64,000 nucleotides of DNA from Octopus vulgaris (Eukaryota): the NCBI GenBank assembly GCA_951406725.2, contig OX597826.1, positions 39,184,001-39,248,000 on the forward strand, given 5' to 3'. Under the pieces are notes generated by a model that worked only from the letters and a program-made list of their open reading frames with translations, did no database searches and had not been told where the DNA came from. The number at the start of each line of letters is the position of its first letter. Position 1 is the first letter of the stretch. This document shows positions 1 to 13,200 of this stretch, in pieces. The translations under genes were made by a program, and so were the position numbers.

Positions 1-142
1 GGAGTGGTTGGCGTTAGGAAGGGCATCCAGCCAGATCAGACTGGGCCTGATGCAACCTTCTGGCTTCACAGACCCCAGTTGAACCGTCCAACCCATGCTA
101 GCATGGAAAGCGGACGCTAAATGATGATGATGATGATGATGA
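1..142 (+). mobile_element. SINE family C, 3' part with (GAT)n tail
   Basis: GGAGTGGTTGGCGTTAGGAAGGGCATCCAGC...GCATGGAAAGCGGACGCTAAATGATGATG is shared with 4597-4748; tail also at ~32435-32480. Confidence 0.75.
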
Positions 143-276
143 TATATATATATATGTATATTTGGATCTACAACTTCAATATCCCTACATATCTTGCATC
201 TATTTTTTTTCCTCCACCTCACTCTCTATTTTGTATCACATCTAAACTAACTATGACTTAACCATCCTCTCACACC

Positions 277-324
277 GTCTCCGATGAAAGGATATAATAA
301 ATATCCTGGAAACAGCTGTAAGAC
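277..324 (+). ncRNA. Minimal type I hammerhead ribozyme-like motif in a Penelope-type terminal repeat (~160-400)
   Basis: GTCT-CCGATGA-A-AGGATAT(AATAA)ATATCCT-G-GAAA-CAGCTG-TA-AGAC: stem I GTCT/AGAC, 7-bp stem II, palindromic stem III, GUA site; U4C core variant. Confidence 0.7.
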
Positions 325-810
325 CTTCTATCTATAAATGTTCTAATATCTACACAGCCTTGGTTATTTTTATCTCATTACACAAAAAATTCTTATATTT
401 ATTTATATTGTTTTAGAACTCTGAAAACAAATACATTTTTCTGACTTTTAAATTTCTCATTAAGTTTTCTCAATGACATCATTGTAATTTCTAACTTTTA
501 ATTTGTAATTCTAAATTTTTAATAAGGTTTTCTTATATTCACTATATCACCCTACATATTGAACTATTTCTTTCTAATATTTTCATATATATTCTTATTT
601 GAGATATCTCTGTCTAGTATATTCTTCAATAATAGTTTTAATATGTTCTGAATGTCTTAATGTATTTGTTGTATTAATGTATGTCATAAATACAAGGTGA
701 ATATCTAATTTTTGTTTCTTCTTTAAATTATATTATTTACTATCTAGTGTCTCAGGGTCAACCTGAGTACTTTGAAACAGTTTTATAATGTTTTGAAAGA
801 AAAAGCAATA

Positions 811-849
<39 letters not shown>

Positions 850-861
850 TTTATAGAAGGA

Positions 862-910
862 GCTTCTACAGGACTAGAACTGTTTCATTCAAAAGAAATC
901 ATCAGGAAGC
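862..910 (-). ncRNA. Type I hammerhead ribozyme-like motif with intact core
   Basis: Minus strand GCTTC-CTGATGA-T-TTC(TTTT)GAA-T-GAAA-CAG(TTCTAGTC)CTG-TA-GAAGC: 5-bp stem I, canonical CUGAUGA/GAAA, 3-bp stem III, GUA site. Confidence 0.75.
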
Positions 911-1159
911 AAGTAGACAAGAGTTGTTTTGGCATTTATACATTTAGGCAGGTTTAAATGGGTGGTGGTGGGGGACTTTTTTGGGGGTAGGCATGGCGCT
1001 AAACTGTCATTATTAGGGGAGTGGTAAAAGGAATCGGTGGTAAAGTAGATAAAAGAATAAATAAAAGAATAAAAAATAAAATAAAAAAATAAAAAAATAA
1101 TAAAAAAATAAAAAATATAAATAGAAAAGTTTTAGGTAAGTGGGGAGACTCTCACTTGT

Positions 1160-1946
1160 ACATCTACATATATATATACACATACACATATACACACCCG
1201 CATATTCACATATATCTATACATATACACACCCACATATACATACATACGTACACATACACATACATATATATATATATACATATATCTACACATACCCA
1301 TGTACGTACACACAGATACACATATACATACACATACATACACATATGTATACCCACTCGCACATATATATACAAATGCATATACATGCACGCACATACA
1401 CACACATTTTTTTCTCTTATTTTAATTTTATTAACTACTTTTGTTTATATCTTTATTTTTATCTTGACCGGTCAAACTTGTCCCAAGGGATCTCTAAAGA
1501 TTCTGTTTTTCTATCTACTTACTGATACACGCAAGCACTCACTCACGCACACACATTCACACGTACACTCACGCACACACATTCACACGTACACTCACGC
1601 ACGAGTTATATTCATACACGCCTACATCTACATACATTCATGTATATTCACATACACGCATACACATACATACCTCAACACACCCACAGAAGACTAGTCC
1701 AGAAGACTAGTCCATACATATACACTAATTAATATATATACACATATACATATACACATACATACACATACATACATATACATACACATATATATACATA
1801 TATATATACACATATATATCCATATACATATACATACACATATACACTCATACATATATACACATGCATGCATACACATATACATATACATACATATACA
1901 CATACATATATATATATATATACACATATATATATATATACATACA

Positions 1947-1986
<40 letters not shown>

Positions 1987-2421
1987 GGGAAGCTTTATGA
2001 AAATATATATATATACATATACAAATACATACATACATACATGCGTACACATACACACACACACACGCGCGCATCTATATATACACATAAGTACATACAT
2101 GCATAAATGTATACATATGTCTAACATATGCATACACATCCGCACACACACGCGCCTCCTTATGTTCATAAAAACATACATGCATACTGGCATATACATA
2201 TATACATACATGCATACTCAAATAATAATAATAAAAATAATAATAATAATGATAATAATAATAATAATAAATATATATACGTGCAGTTACCCATTATTCA
2301 AACGGATACCTACATATAAACATACCCATATATACCTATTTACACATATGTATATATACATACATACATACACACATAACTCTACATACCTACATATACA
2401 TATACATAAACATACAAGCGT

Positions 2422-2466
<45 letters not shown>

Positions 2467-2569
2467 CATACATACATATACATATCCATACACATACATA
2501 TACGCATATATATACACATACATACACATATACATACACACACACATATATACACATCCATATACACAT

Positions 2570-2632
<63 letters not shown>

Positions 2633-2976
2633 TACATACATATGTGCACATATACACATACATATATATACATATATACACATACATACACATATATGCA
2701 TAAATGTATACATATGTTTATACAAATGCATACACATACACACACTCACACGCCTCCTTATATACATAAATACATACATGCATACAAAACGCATACTCAT
2801 GTAATAAATAATGAATAATAAATAATAGATATATATACACATGCAGTTACCCTTTGTACAGACGGAAACAAACATATAAGCATACACGTATATACCTATC
2901 TACACATATGTATATATACATACATGCATGCACATACACATAACTCTACATACTTACAAATACATAAACACACGAG

Positions 2977-3014
<38 letters not shown>

Positions 3015-3019
3015 TATAT

Positions 3020-3058
<39 letters not shown>

Positions 3059-3338
3059 TATATATATATATACACATACATATATACACACACATATATA
3101 TACACATACATACACACACACATACACATACATGCATACATATACATACATACATAGACACACACGCATACACATACATACACATATATATACATATATA
3201 TATATACACATACAGTTACCCTTTGCACAGACGGAAACATACATATAGGCATACACGTATATACCCATCTACACATATGTATATATACATACACACACAC
3301 AACTCTACATACTTACATATACATAAACACACGAGCAT

Positions 3339-3391
<53 letters not shown>

Positions 3392-3528
3392 CACATATAT
3401 ACATATATATATATACATATACATACACATACATACATATACATACACATACACATACATACATATACATACACATACATACATACACACACATACACAT
3501 ATATATACACATACATACATATATATAT

Positions 3529-3578
<50 letters not shown>

Positions 3579-3740
3579 ATATAAAATATAAAAAACCACA
3601 CACATACGCACATACCCATGTACATACATATACACATACACATACATATACACGCACTCACATACATGCGTATATTCCTACTAATACCTATTCATTTCTA
3701 TACATATATACATTACATATATACAGGTGTACATATACAA
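1160..3740. repeat. Compound (AT)/(AC) microsatellite array with higher-order duplicated units
   Basis: Recurrent unique anchors CAGTTACCC... (~2284, ~2844, ~3213) and AACTCTACATAC (~2378, ~2942, ~3301) inside TA/CA repeats. Confidence 0.9.
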
Positions 3741-3936
3741 TCTGTGAGTAGTCTTAGGAGGAAAGTTAATCAGGGGTGCTGGGGGAACGGTGGGGTTGGG
3801 GGGTTTTTGTGGGTGGGGTGTCGTCAATCGGGTTGCCGGGTGGGTCTATAGTTCTTGTAGTTTGCATAAATTTTATGCATGCAATTTGGGGAGAGTTCTG
3901 AGATCATGTTGAGGAGTTGGCCTTTGGCAAGCAAGA

Positions 3937-3970
<34 letters not shown>

Positions 3971-3972
3971 CA

Positions 3973-4005
<33 letters not shown>

Positions 4006-4007
<2 letters not shown>

Positions 4008-4403
4008 CGCAGGAGTCGCTGTGTGGTAAGTAGCTTGCTAACCAACCACATGGTTCCGGGTTCAGTCCCACTGTGTGGCATCTTGGGCAAGTGTCTTCTG
4101 CTATAGCCCCGGGCTGACCAATGCCTTGTGAGTGGATTTGGTAGACGGAAACTGAAAGAAGCCTGTCGTATATATGTATATATATATATATATGTGTGTG
4201 TGTGTCTGTGTGGTTGTCCCCCTAGCATTGTTTGACAACCGATGCTGGTGTGTTTATGTCCATGTTACTTAGCGGTTCGGCAAAAGAGACCAATAGAATA
4301 AGTACTGGGCTTACAAAAAAGAATAAGTCCTGGGGTCGAGTTGCTCGATTAAAGGCGGTGCTCCAGCATGGCCACAGTCAAATGACTGAAACAAGTAAAA
4401 GAG
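4006..4403 (+). mobile_element. SINE family A, full length (tRNA-like head, internal microsatellite, (AAAAGAGT)-type tail)
   Basis: A-box-like (T)CGCTGTGTGG, B-box-like GGTTCAGTCCC, CORE-like CTTGGGCAAGT; more than 10 near-identical copies in the window. Confidence 0.9.
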
Positions 4404-4412
4404 TATATATAT

Positions 4413-4748
4413 GAGTGACTCGCTGTTCTTGAGGAGACCTGTTGAGTCAAGTTCGTCAACATCAAAAATTCGAATGGTAATTGTAGTTAAGACACCAGTG
4501 CTGGTGACACGTAAAAGCACCAACTGATTGTGGCCGTTTGTCAGCCTGTGCTGGTTCCTGTGCCAGTGGCACGTAAAAAACACCCACTACACTCACGGAG
4601 TGGTTGGCGTTAGGAAGGGCATCCAGCTGTAGAAACACTGCCAAATGAGACTGGAGCCTGGTGCAGCCTCCATGGCTTACCAGATCCTAGTCGAACCGTC
4701 CAACCCATGCTAGCATGGAAAACGGACGTTAAATGATGATGATGATGA
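4413..4748 (+). mobile_element. SINE family C copy with (GAT)n tail
   Basis: Homologous to 1-142; ends GGACGTTAAATGATGATGATGATGA. Confidence 0.75.
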
Positions 4749-6534
4749 TATATATATTTTCTGAAAGAAAGAAAGAGAGATCCTTACCCTGTGATGGAGC
4801 CGTAGGGGCACCATTGTGTCATACCACACATCTTTGGGTGTATTTGGATTCAACTCCTGTCTAACCATATCCAATTTAAGGCAGACAGAAAGAAGAGAAT
4901 CAACTCCAGTACAGAATAAGTGTTTTATTTATCTACATCGAAAGGATGAAAGCAAAACTGACCTTGATGGGATTTGAATTTACATAGGGTGCAGAGAGCC
5001 AGAAAGATTACTGCAAAGCAACAAATCTGAAATTCTAAAACCTTTAAGAACACTCACACTTGTTTCAATATATTAACGTTTCGAATCAAGACCAACAAAA
5101 TAATATGAGAATATAACCACTTAGAAATAGACGTCCTGTTATTTCCAAATTCAGATAATCGGCGATGGCCACTTATGTTGACTGTTGTGATTTGACGTTT
5201 TATTATAAAGGCGCACCTCAACTTTTGAGACTCTTCCTTGAAAACAAAAACAAAAAAAAAACAACCTTGTTTTCACTTGACATTTGTAGCACCCCTCACT
5301 ATCAACTATTAACTCTTGGTGTATTCAGATTGTTATGAAAACTATTTCCCCCCCACCCCACCCCACCCCAACATCCTTAATACTGTAGTTCTAGTCCAAT
5401 CACTCGCCAGTGTACCCGGCACACCTCACAGCAGCGCTAGAAACCAGAGAAACCAATCCCACCTAGGGCGTACTAAAACAGACAGCAGGTGGAGGACATT
5501 CAGGAGTCATAACTCGGATGTGGCCCAACCCCACCTAGAGTGTCAGGAGTTAAGGGCCGAAACGCTTGCCTAAAGGGGGTTTCTCCTCTGAGGACCATCT
5601 GCTGTTATGCTCTCCCCGAGTTTCTTTCCACACCCTATGGCGTTGGTTTCAATTCTGAAAATCAGAATTCGGTAAATCAGAATGGTTTCATAGAACTTCT
5701 TTTTTCATTGATATATCAAACTGACATTAGTAACTTTATTGTTACCACTTGTATCCTTTATTTTCTACAAAACTACCAGTGCCGATCATGAATAAATGTA
5801 TATACACAATCATAATCAGTGGTTAATGTATGCCTTAAACACAGAGATACAACTACAGTATCCCTCGAATCACTTCAAACTGTCTTAAAAAAGGAAGTAT
5901 ACATGAAATAATATAGTCCTAGATATGAGATCTATAGGAAAAGTGCACAATTGCAGTTGCATATCTTTGAATAGGTTAAAATTAGATCTGGGCTGAAGAT
6001 AAGCAATACTGTCTTTCAATCCCACTTCTTCAAAAATACCCTGCCTATTATATATGAATTGATAAGAGGCACCTGTTAGGAACAAGACTCATTTTTCACA
6101 GTTTTAAGTTGATGTAACTCAGTTTATGGATTTTATTTATTCATTTTTATATTGACAGAATTGGTAGAAGATATTTATGTCCCTTCTACGTCCGGAGCTC
6201 AAATCATGTTGTGCTCAACTTTGATGAAAGACGGCGTTTTAAACTAAACTTTGATGTAAGAAACTATTTTACATCAAGTCTTTTTACAAAGTTGCTATCG
6301 TAGCTTAAAATTAATGGGGGAAGACCTCTTACGGTCTGTGTCTGATGTGAGGTTCGATTCCAGTCTGTGAATTTCCACTTTTTCTGTGTAAGTTTTTTTT
6401 TTTTTGTTATATATACTATTGTTTATACTGCATTTGAGTAACTTAGCAAAAAGTCTTTATTTTGAGTTTGCCAATACTTCAAAAGAGGATCTAAAAAAAT
6501 ACTTTTACTATTTGTTTGAATTCAGTTCCTTCTA

Positions 6535-6937
6535 GCAGGAGTGGCTGTGTGGTAAGTAGCTTGCTTACCAACCACATGGTTCCGGGTTCAGTCCCACTGC
6601 GTAGCACCTTGGGCAAGTGTCTTCTACTATAGCCCTGGGCCGACCAAAGCCTTGTGGGTGGATTTGGTAGACGGAAACTGAAAGAAGCCTGTCGTATATA
6701 TGTATATATATATATGTGTGTGTGTGTTTGTGTGTCTGTATTTGTCCCCCTAGCATTGCTTGACAACCGATGCTGGTGTGTTTACGTCCCCGTCACTGAG
6801 CGGTTCGGCAAAAAGAGACCGATAGAATAAGTACTGGGCTTACAAAGAATAAGTCCCGGTGTCGATTTGCTCGACTAAAGGCGGTGCTCCAGCATGGCCG
6901 CAGTCAAATGACTGAAACAAGTAAAAGAGTAAAAGAG
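6535..6937 (+). mobile_element. SINE family A, full length
   Basis: Near-identical to 4006-4403 and 12058-12490. Confidence 0.9.
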
Positions 6938-7078
6938 CACCGACTTCCACCCTTTCTGGGGTCTGTCATTTTTTTTTTATTCCAATCACACCCAGAGACA
7001 GAGAGAGAAAGAGAGAGGGAGAGATGAGAGAGAGAGAGAGAGAGGAGAAAGAAAGAGAGGGGATCGATTCATTTTAAT

Positions 7079-7144
7079 GGTTCCGAGGAAGCTATAGGAT
7101 GTTGTACAAGCACTCAGCTCTCATACCAGAAACAGTTGTAAGCT
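7079..7144 (+). ncRNA. Degenerate hammerhead-like motif
   Basis: GGTT-CCGAGGA-(long imperfect stem II)-GAAA-CAGTTG-TA-AGCT; same GAAACAGcTGTAAG junction as 277-324. Confidence 0.35.
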
Positions 7145-8745
7145 AACCTGACACCTGTTCCCTCGTCATTTATTAATTAATATTACGCCGCTCTATAATT
7201 GCTTAACACTTTACTCTAAAGCATATGTATACTGAGTTCTAACAACTAGTTATTTGTATCGTACCTAAACGAAATCTTAAATTGTCTATCAATGTGTGTG
7301 TGTATGTGTGTGTGCCTGTCTCATTCCCCCCCTTTTTTTCTCACTCCTTCACAACAGGTGGGGTGCACCTGTAAAAAATTACAAATTTGTTTACGTCCTC
7401 GTAGTTATGACTGATCGGGCAAAAAGAAACTAATATTAGACTTAACAGTACAAGGTTCCGTTTGATCGACTAAAACTTTCTATGCGGTACTCCAGCATGA
7501 CTATATTACACTATCGAATCAATATTACATATGCATGTTAAATATACAATTACAAACCATTAACAAGTATATCTGTTGTTTACAAAATTTAACGTCTTTT
7601 TGTTTTGATAGTGCTTCAGGGTGTTTTGATTTCATTTTGTGCTTGCGTTCGAGTTGGCGGAGGTAAAACGAAATATCGATTTAAGTACTTGACTGGTAAT
7701 TTAGTCTATTGACCGCATTATTGAACTCAGAACGTAAAGAAGTCGTAGGTAAACATTTTGACTGAAGGCTCAAACCGAGTAGAATGTACTGGGACGACAT
7801 ACTTTGCATTCTCCCAAGTTGTGAACTTGTACCAATGTTAGAAACCATAATTATTTTAATTGTTATTCAAACGAAGCCATCCAACAGTGTCTAAATTTTA
7901 TGTTGTCGTCATTCATGCGTATATTATTCTCGGGTGATCTTTTGGCAGTTGCTTTTTTTTTTTCTTTCAACACACATTTTGTATGTATGAATGAATACAA
8001 TATAAAAATATGAAAAAATGCCTAAATATGAAGTATTTGTAATTCTAACAATAAGAATGTATAAATATTTTTTTTCTTTCACACTTTTACATAAATTTCA
8101 GAAACTAGGAATGCAAGCAAGTAAAAAATAATTGTTTGTTATTTCCAAGAATTTTTTTTCTTTAATCTCTCTTGCCATAAATCCAGGATTTTTTCTCGTG
8201 TCCAGTGGTGGTGTATTTTGTTGTTTATATATATAAATATTGTAGTTTTGTTGATGATAAAATATGTGTGTTTTATTAGTCTCGATATATTTTGATATGT
8301 GCAAAATTTAAACGGAAAAGAATGGGGAAAATGGGAGTGGTATAGTGACATAACATACTGGTACACTGACTGAGAAAGAGATGATGAGTATTTAGTTGTT
8401 GGATCAACTCAACTACGCAATCTTTTAGTATTCCACAGACACATGTACCCCTTTAATGTAAGCCTTAAGCAGAATCAACGGGACAAAGCATGCCAATTGA
8501 ATTAAAGGTACAATCTACCCTACGAACTTGTACAGTTTCCGTCCAACCAAGACGATTGGCAACCTCAGGACCAGGAAGCGAATCTTTTAACCACTTGGCT
8601 ATTTGTCCTCGATAGAAACATGCAAATACACACTTTTACAAACATGTACACATACATAACGCAGTGGTGGTTAGCGACAGGAACAACCGATACATCAGTT
8701 CTTGACCCGAAGAGCCATGGAAGGGCTTGAGAGTATCTAAATCAG

Positions 8746-8849
8746 GGCGAAAGTAAAGAATATGCACACCCAGTATTTATGGTTAGGGGTTAGAGTTAGG
8801 GTTTTTGTTACGCCGAAAACGGGTGGTGTACATATTCTTTACCACCGCC
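8746..8849. mobile_element. ~100-bp MITE with TIRs and internal TTAGGG-like repeats
   Basis: TIR GGCG..GTAAAGAATATG(C/T)ACACC at both ends; direct repeat CTAAATCAG at 8737-8745 and 8850-8858. Confidence 0.8.
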
Positions 8850-9489
8850 CTAAATCAGAACCCCATACCAGGGTCCGAAAAGTTTTGTTCTGCCTTAGAT
8901 TTTGGGAGCAAGCATGCAACCATGTAATTTAGGGTTCGACTCCACTGCGTACAGATATGTCTTCTATTGTAATCTTAAGTAGATGGAATTTTGTGAACTG
9001 AAAGTTTAGAAACTCCGTCACACACACACACACAAACATTTAAAATAGACTAAGTACTGGTGTGACGATATCGAGTAAATGCATTTAAAACGGTGCCCGA
9101 GCACAGCCACATAGCAATGTTGGAAACTTGTGAAAGAACGCATACATATGTTAAAAGAGCTGAGTGTAGGACTAAACAACAACAACAATCATAAGACAGA
9201 TCTAGACACAATAAAAACTGTAGTCGAATTATCGTCAGAAAGAAACTTGATCCAAGTGTGATTGCCAATGAAAGTTTACTGAATAAATGCAAGAACTACA
9301 ATGTGACTTACCGAGGAGGCAACTGGGTTATGAAAAGATTCTTTCTGGTTGTACAAAGTCACTTAAGGGACACAAGATAAGGAAAGATTTGAAGAAGGCA
9401 CGTAAATAACAATATAATCAACAATAACGAGGAGAAGTAATAACGTCCTGTCGCTGTAGAGTCCACGGAAGTAAAAGTAGTCACGCCGT

Positions 9490-10190
9490 ACTTTCTCTCT
9501 CTCTCTCTTTTTCGATCGCGCGCGCTTTCCTTACTTTCTCTCTCTCTCACTAACTTTTTATCTTTGTCACCCTATATTCGTCCTCTTCTCTCTCACGTTT
9601 TACGCCTCATTCCAATACAAGTATTTTCTGTGGCTTTCTTTTCCTCTTCACCCCTCATCCTTATTACATTAACCTCCCCGCTTATTCTTTCTCTTAATTT
9701 TCTATTGAACATAACCTTCTTATCTCTATTTTACTTGTTTTCCTTACCGCTCTCTTTTTCTGCTTCTCCCTCACTACAATTCTTATGCTTATGCTTATAC
9801 CTAAATGTTCAACTTCTCCCTCTCTCCTCAAATCTCTTCCTCTGCTACTTCTCGTGTCTTTCAAGTTTCTCCTCTCTTTTTCTTTCTCACTTTTCCTAAC
9901 TCTCCTTATCTCTCCTACATTTCCCTCTCCTGAGCTATCCTTATTTTTCCCCCACTCCTTATTTCCTCATTACCTTCTCACTCTTTCTCTCCTATCATTC
10001 CATTTTCCATTCTCCTCTCACTTTTCCTTGATCGTCTTTCTATCCTCTCTTTCTCACACTATTCTTTCTTTTTATCTTCCTCGTTTTGCTTTTATTTTCT
10101 CATTGCATTCGTTCCTGATTTTCTGGGTTTTTTTGTTAGTTCTATATCACCTCCTCTCAATCCTCCCCTTCTTTACTCACTCTCTCATTG
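9490..10190. repeat. Pyrimidine-rich (CT/CTT) low-complexity tract
   Basis: Composition; the overlapping Leu/Ser/Phe ORFs are artefacts. Confidence 0.8.
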
Positions 10191-10977
10191 TGCCAGTTTG
10201 TCATATTTATTCGCCTCTACTTTTCTATCAACAATCTAACAACAATTTTAAACCAGACGCAAGCAAAATAATGCCCCCAAAGTTAATCTTGTATCAACGG
10301 GGGAGTCAGTAGAAATAGACGCCAAATATCACTCAAATCACCCCTTACCGTCTCACCGAGGGAAAGGACGCATTAGAAATATAGCCTTTTCTCTTTAAGT
10401 GACATAACCCAACTATGCTGTGACCATCTGACCTGTTCAAAGTTGGCCTAGGGTTGAACAACAACCAGCTACCAAAACGATTGTTTCTTACTTAAGATAG
10501 GAATTCCGACAGTTTTTAAGAATAGACAGCTGTAATGCCAATTTCATTTTTCTGAAGGTAACAGGACAGTACAGTATTTTTTTTTTTTTTTTGATGGCTG
10601 GAAGAGAACAACAATTAACTTTTGGACAGCCGAATCTTAACAAAAGAGTCGCTTCAAAAGACACCCACCATCTTCCAACAAGTTAAAGAAACAATAACAG
10701 TTTTATTATTGAACGATTATCACCCCGCCCTGACGACACTTGTTATCTTTTAAGTCACACGGGACATTTGCACATATTACCATAATATGATATATTTTTC
10801 GATAATGTGAGTGTATGTGATAAATATTTTGTGTATGATAACTTTTTTGTGATGGTATTAAATGTTTTTTTGTATTTTTAAATGTCATTTAGGCTTGTTT
10901 TTTTAACATACACACTCAGCCGAGTGATGATGAATCAGTGGGAAGTAATGAGAAATAGCTGGAAAAAAATGTCAAAA

Positions 10978-11190
10978 TACCTATTTCTTTACTACCCACA
11001 AGGGGCTAAACACAGAGAGGACAAACGGATTAAGTGGATTACATCGACCCCAGTGCGTAACTGGTACTTAATTTATCGATCCCGAAAGGATGAAAGGCAA
11101 AGTTGACCTCGGCGGAATTTGAACTCACAACGAAACGACAGACGAAATACGACTGCACATTTCGCCCGGCGTGCTAACGTTTCTGCCACC
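10978..11190 (-). mobile_element. SINE family B
   Basis: Reverse complement of GAGTTCAAATTCCGCCGAGGTC(A/G)ACTTTGCCTTTCATCCTTTCGGGGTCGATAAATTAAGTACC...GTAAAGAAATAG; several copies in window. Confidence 0.85.
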
Positions 11191-11493
11191 GTGAAAACGT
11201 AACGAATATCTTGGTTCTCCTTACTTCTTTTCGACTTAATTTGAATGTTTGTTGTCAGTTGTCACGTTTGTTCGAAGGAGCCCGGATACAAAGATTTCAT
11301 AGACGTCGCTCATTAGGACTTGGTAACATGCTTTAGTTATGCATAATGTCGCATCACTTTCTCTATCTTCTCATCTTAGTCCCAGTGGAATATTTAAGAC
11401 AGGGTTGACCAACCCGAGGGCCGCATGCGGCCCGCAGACTTTTATCTCGTGGTTCACTTGATACTTTCTTGAAACGGGTTTATTTAAACAAAC

Positions 11494-11911
11494 GGATCTT
11501 TTCGGTTTGAACGGCAGTTTTTAACATAATTTCTAGGTAACTAAAAAAATTTTAAATTTCGTATACTGATAGAATGTGTTTATAAAACATCTTTTTCTCT
11601 TGGCTTTATTGAGAAAATTCTATAGTTTGTAAGATATTTGTTGTTTTTTTCTTCAATTTCTGCGATTTCAACCAATCAATGACGTCCATTGAGGTAAACA
11701 ACATTCTGTGCCGTATGAATATGTCCCTCGTTTAAGAAACAGATTGGGTTTATTTACATTTGTGAAGAAAACAAAAGATACCCTTCCCCCACCCCTAACC
11801 CCAACTCTAAAACAGATTGAAATGCAATAGATCGATACTAGGGTCATAATTATGGGTTACAATTTCATATGACACCGCTAGAAAAAACTGCCGTTCAAAC
11901 GGAAAAGATCG
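11494..11911. mobile_element. MITE with 29-bp GGATC-type TIRs and 8-bp TSD (Merlin- or Mutator-like)
   Basis: TIR GGATCTTTTCGGTTTGAACGGCAGTTTTT vs its complement at the right end; TSD AAACAAAC at 11486-11493 and 11912-11919. Confidence 0.85.
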
Positions 11912-12057
11912 AAACAAACATTTAAAATTTTATCAAAAATTAAAGATTGTAATGAAAAATAAAAAGGAAGATTCTACTGTTTTTGCAAAAATATTTCATG
12001 TTGACTCAACGATCATTCATTCATAATAGAATGAGAAAGCAAAATGCTTTCAATTCT

Positions 12058-12223
12058 AGGAGTGGCTGTGTGGTAAGTAGCTTGCTTACCAACCACATGG
12101 TTCCGGGTTCAGTCCCACTGCGTGGCACCTTGGGCAAGTGTCTTCTACTATAGCCTCGGGCCGACCAAAGCCTTGTGAGTGGATTTGGTAGACGGAAACT
12201 GAAAGAAGCCTGTCGTATATATG

Positions 12224-12272
<49 letters not shown>

Positions 12273-12490
12273 ATGTTTGCGTGTCTGTGTTTGTCCCCCT
12301 AGCATTACTTGACAACCGATGCTGGTGTGTTTATGTCCCCGACTCTTAGCGGTTCGGCAAAAGAGACCGATAGAATAAGTACTGGGCTTACAAAGAATAA
12401 GTCCCGGGGTCGAGTTGCTCGACTAAAGACGGTGCTCCAGCATAGCCGCAGTCAAATGACTGAAACAAGTAAAAGAGAAAGAGTAAAGAG
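12058..12490 (+). mobile_element. SINE family A, near full length
   Basis: Near-identical to other family A copies; nested in the hAT element. Confidence 0.9.
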
Positions 12491-12608
12491 TATACGGCCC
12501 ACAAAAAAAACTTTCTGTGATTAAATTGGCCCTCAATGTAATTCGAGTTGGCCAGGCCTGATCTAGGATATGACGGCGGATGAAAGGACGGCTCTAGCAG
12601 ACAGTTGG

Positions 12609-12691
12609 GGGTGAAAGTAAAGATTATGCACAATCGATGTTTAGGGTTAGGGTTTTTGTTACAGGTGGTGTACGTATTCTTTACCTCCGCC
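12609..12691. mobile_element. Second copy of the TTAGGG-containing MITE
   Basis: Same TIRs as 8746-8849; direct repeat GACAGTTGG at 12600-12608 and 12692-12700. Confidence 0.8.
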
Positions 12692-13005
12692 GACAGTTGG
12701 TACCCGTTTCAAATAAGTAGACTGGAATAAACGCAGTGTCTGCTCAAGCACACAAAGCGTAGCCCAGTGTAGGAATCGAACCAGTGACCTTATAATCGTG
12801 AGCCCAACGCTAATCACTAGGCTACGCATCTTCACACAGCTTATACAGATATAAGGACAGAATACTTTGTTTTATTTTATCATCATTATTGTTTAAACAC
12901 ACTCATGCAATGCTTATGTCACGAGGGTGTGTGTGGTGTTACAAATTATCACGTAGGACATCGAATGAAAGATATGAGATGCTGGTGGCCGAGTTAGGTT
13001 CTGGG

Positions 13006-13200
13006 GATCTTTACCTTTTGACTGACAGATTTAAAAAATAATATCTTGTAACTAAGCACTTTCAAACCTCGTATACAAGTAGAATGTGTTACATAAAACA
13101 TCGTTTACTCTTGGCGTTGTTGAAAACATTCTGTATTTTGGAAGTTATTTCTTGCTAAAGTTGTCGTATTTCGGCAATTTCATCCAATCAATGACGTGTA
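13006..13200 (+). mobile_element. Left-end fragment of the GGATC-TIR MITE family
   Basis: GGATCTTT...CGTATACAAGTAGAATGTGTTACATAAAACATC...CCAATCAATGACGT matches 11494-11690. Confidence 0.6.

Larger units (their letters stand above)
845..3935 (-). mobile_element. Penelope-like element 3' portion: endonuclease C-terminal remnant, microsatellite-expanded 3' region, terminal hammerhead
   Basis: Minus strand 3935-3845 reads LAKGQLLNMISELSPNCMHKIY, similar to the LLNKRSELxxxCxH end of Penelope GIY-YIG ORFs; same-strand hammerhead at 862-910. Confidence 0.5.
11400..12560. mobile_element. hAT-type non-autonomous element hosting two nested insertions
   Basis: Ends CAGGGTTGACCAAC / GTTGGCCAGGCCTG, subterminal palindrome GGGCCGCATGCGGCCC, 8-bp flanks ATTTAAGA / ATCTAGGA (6/8 match). 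Confidence 0.65.

Noticed and set aside
2281-3330. Repeat-spacer-like pattern resembling a CRISPR array
   Set aside because: The spacers are microsatellite, units are hundreds of bp and irregular, the context is eukaryotic and there are no cas genes.
1013-3667. Many long overlapping ORFs (up to 316 aa) rich in Y/I/H/T/C/V/M
   Set aside because: Stop-free read-through of AT/AC microsatellites in several frames and both strands; not coding.
9564-10312. Hydrophobic ORFs resembling membrane proteins
   Set aside because: A product of CT-rich low-complexity DNA.
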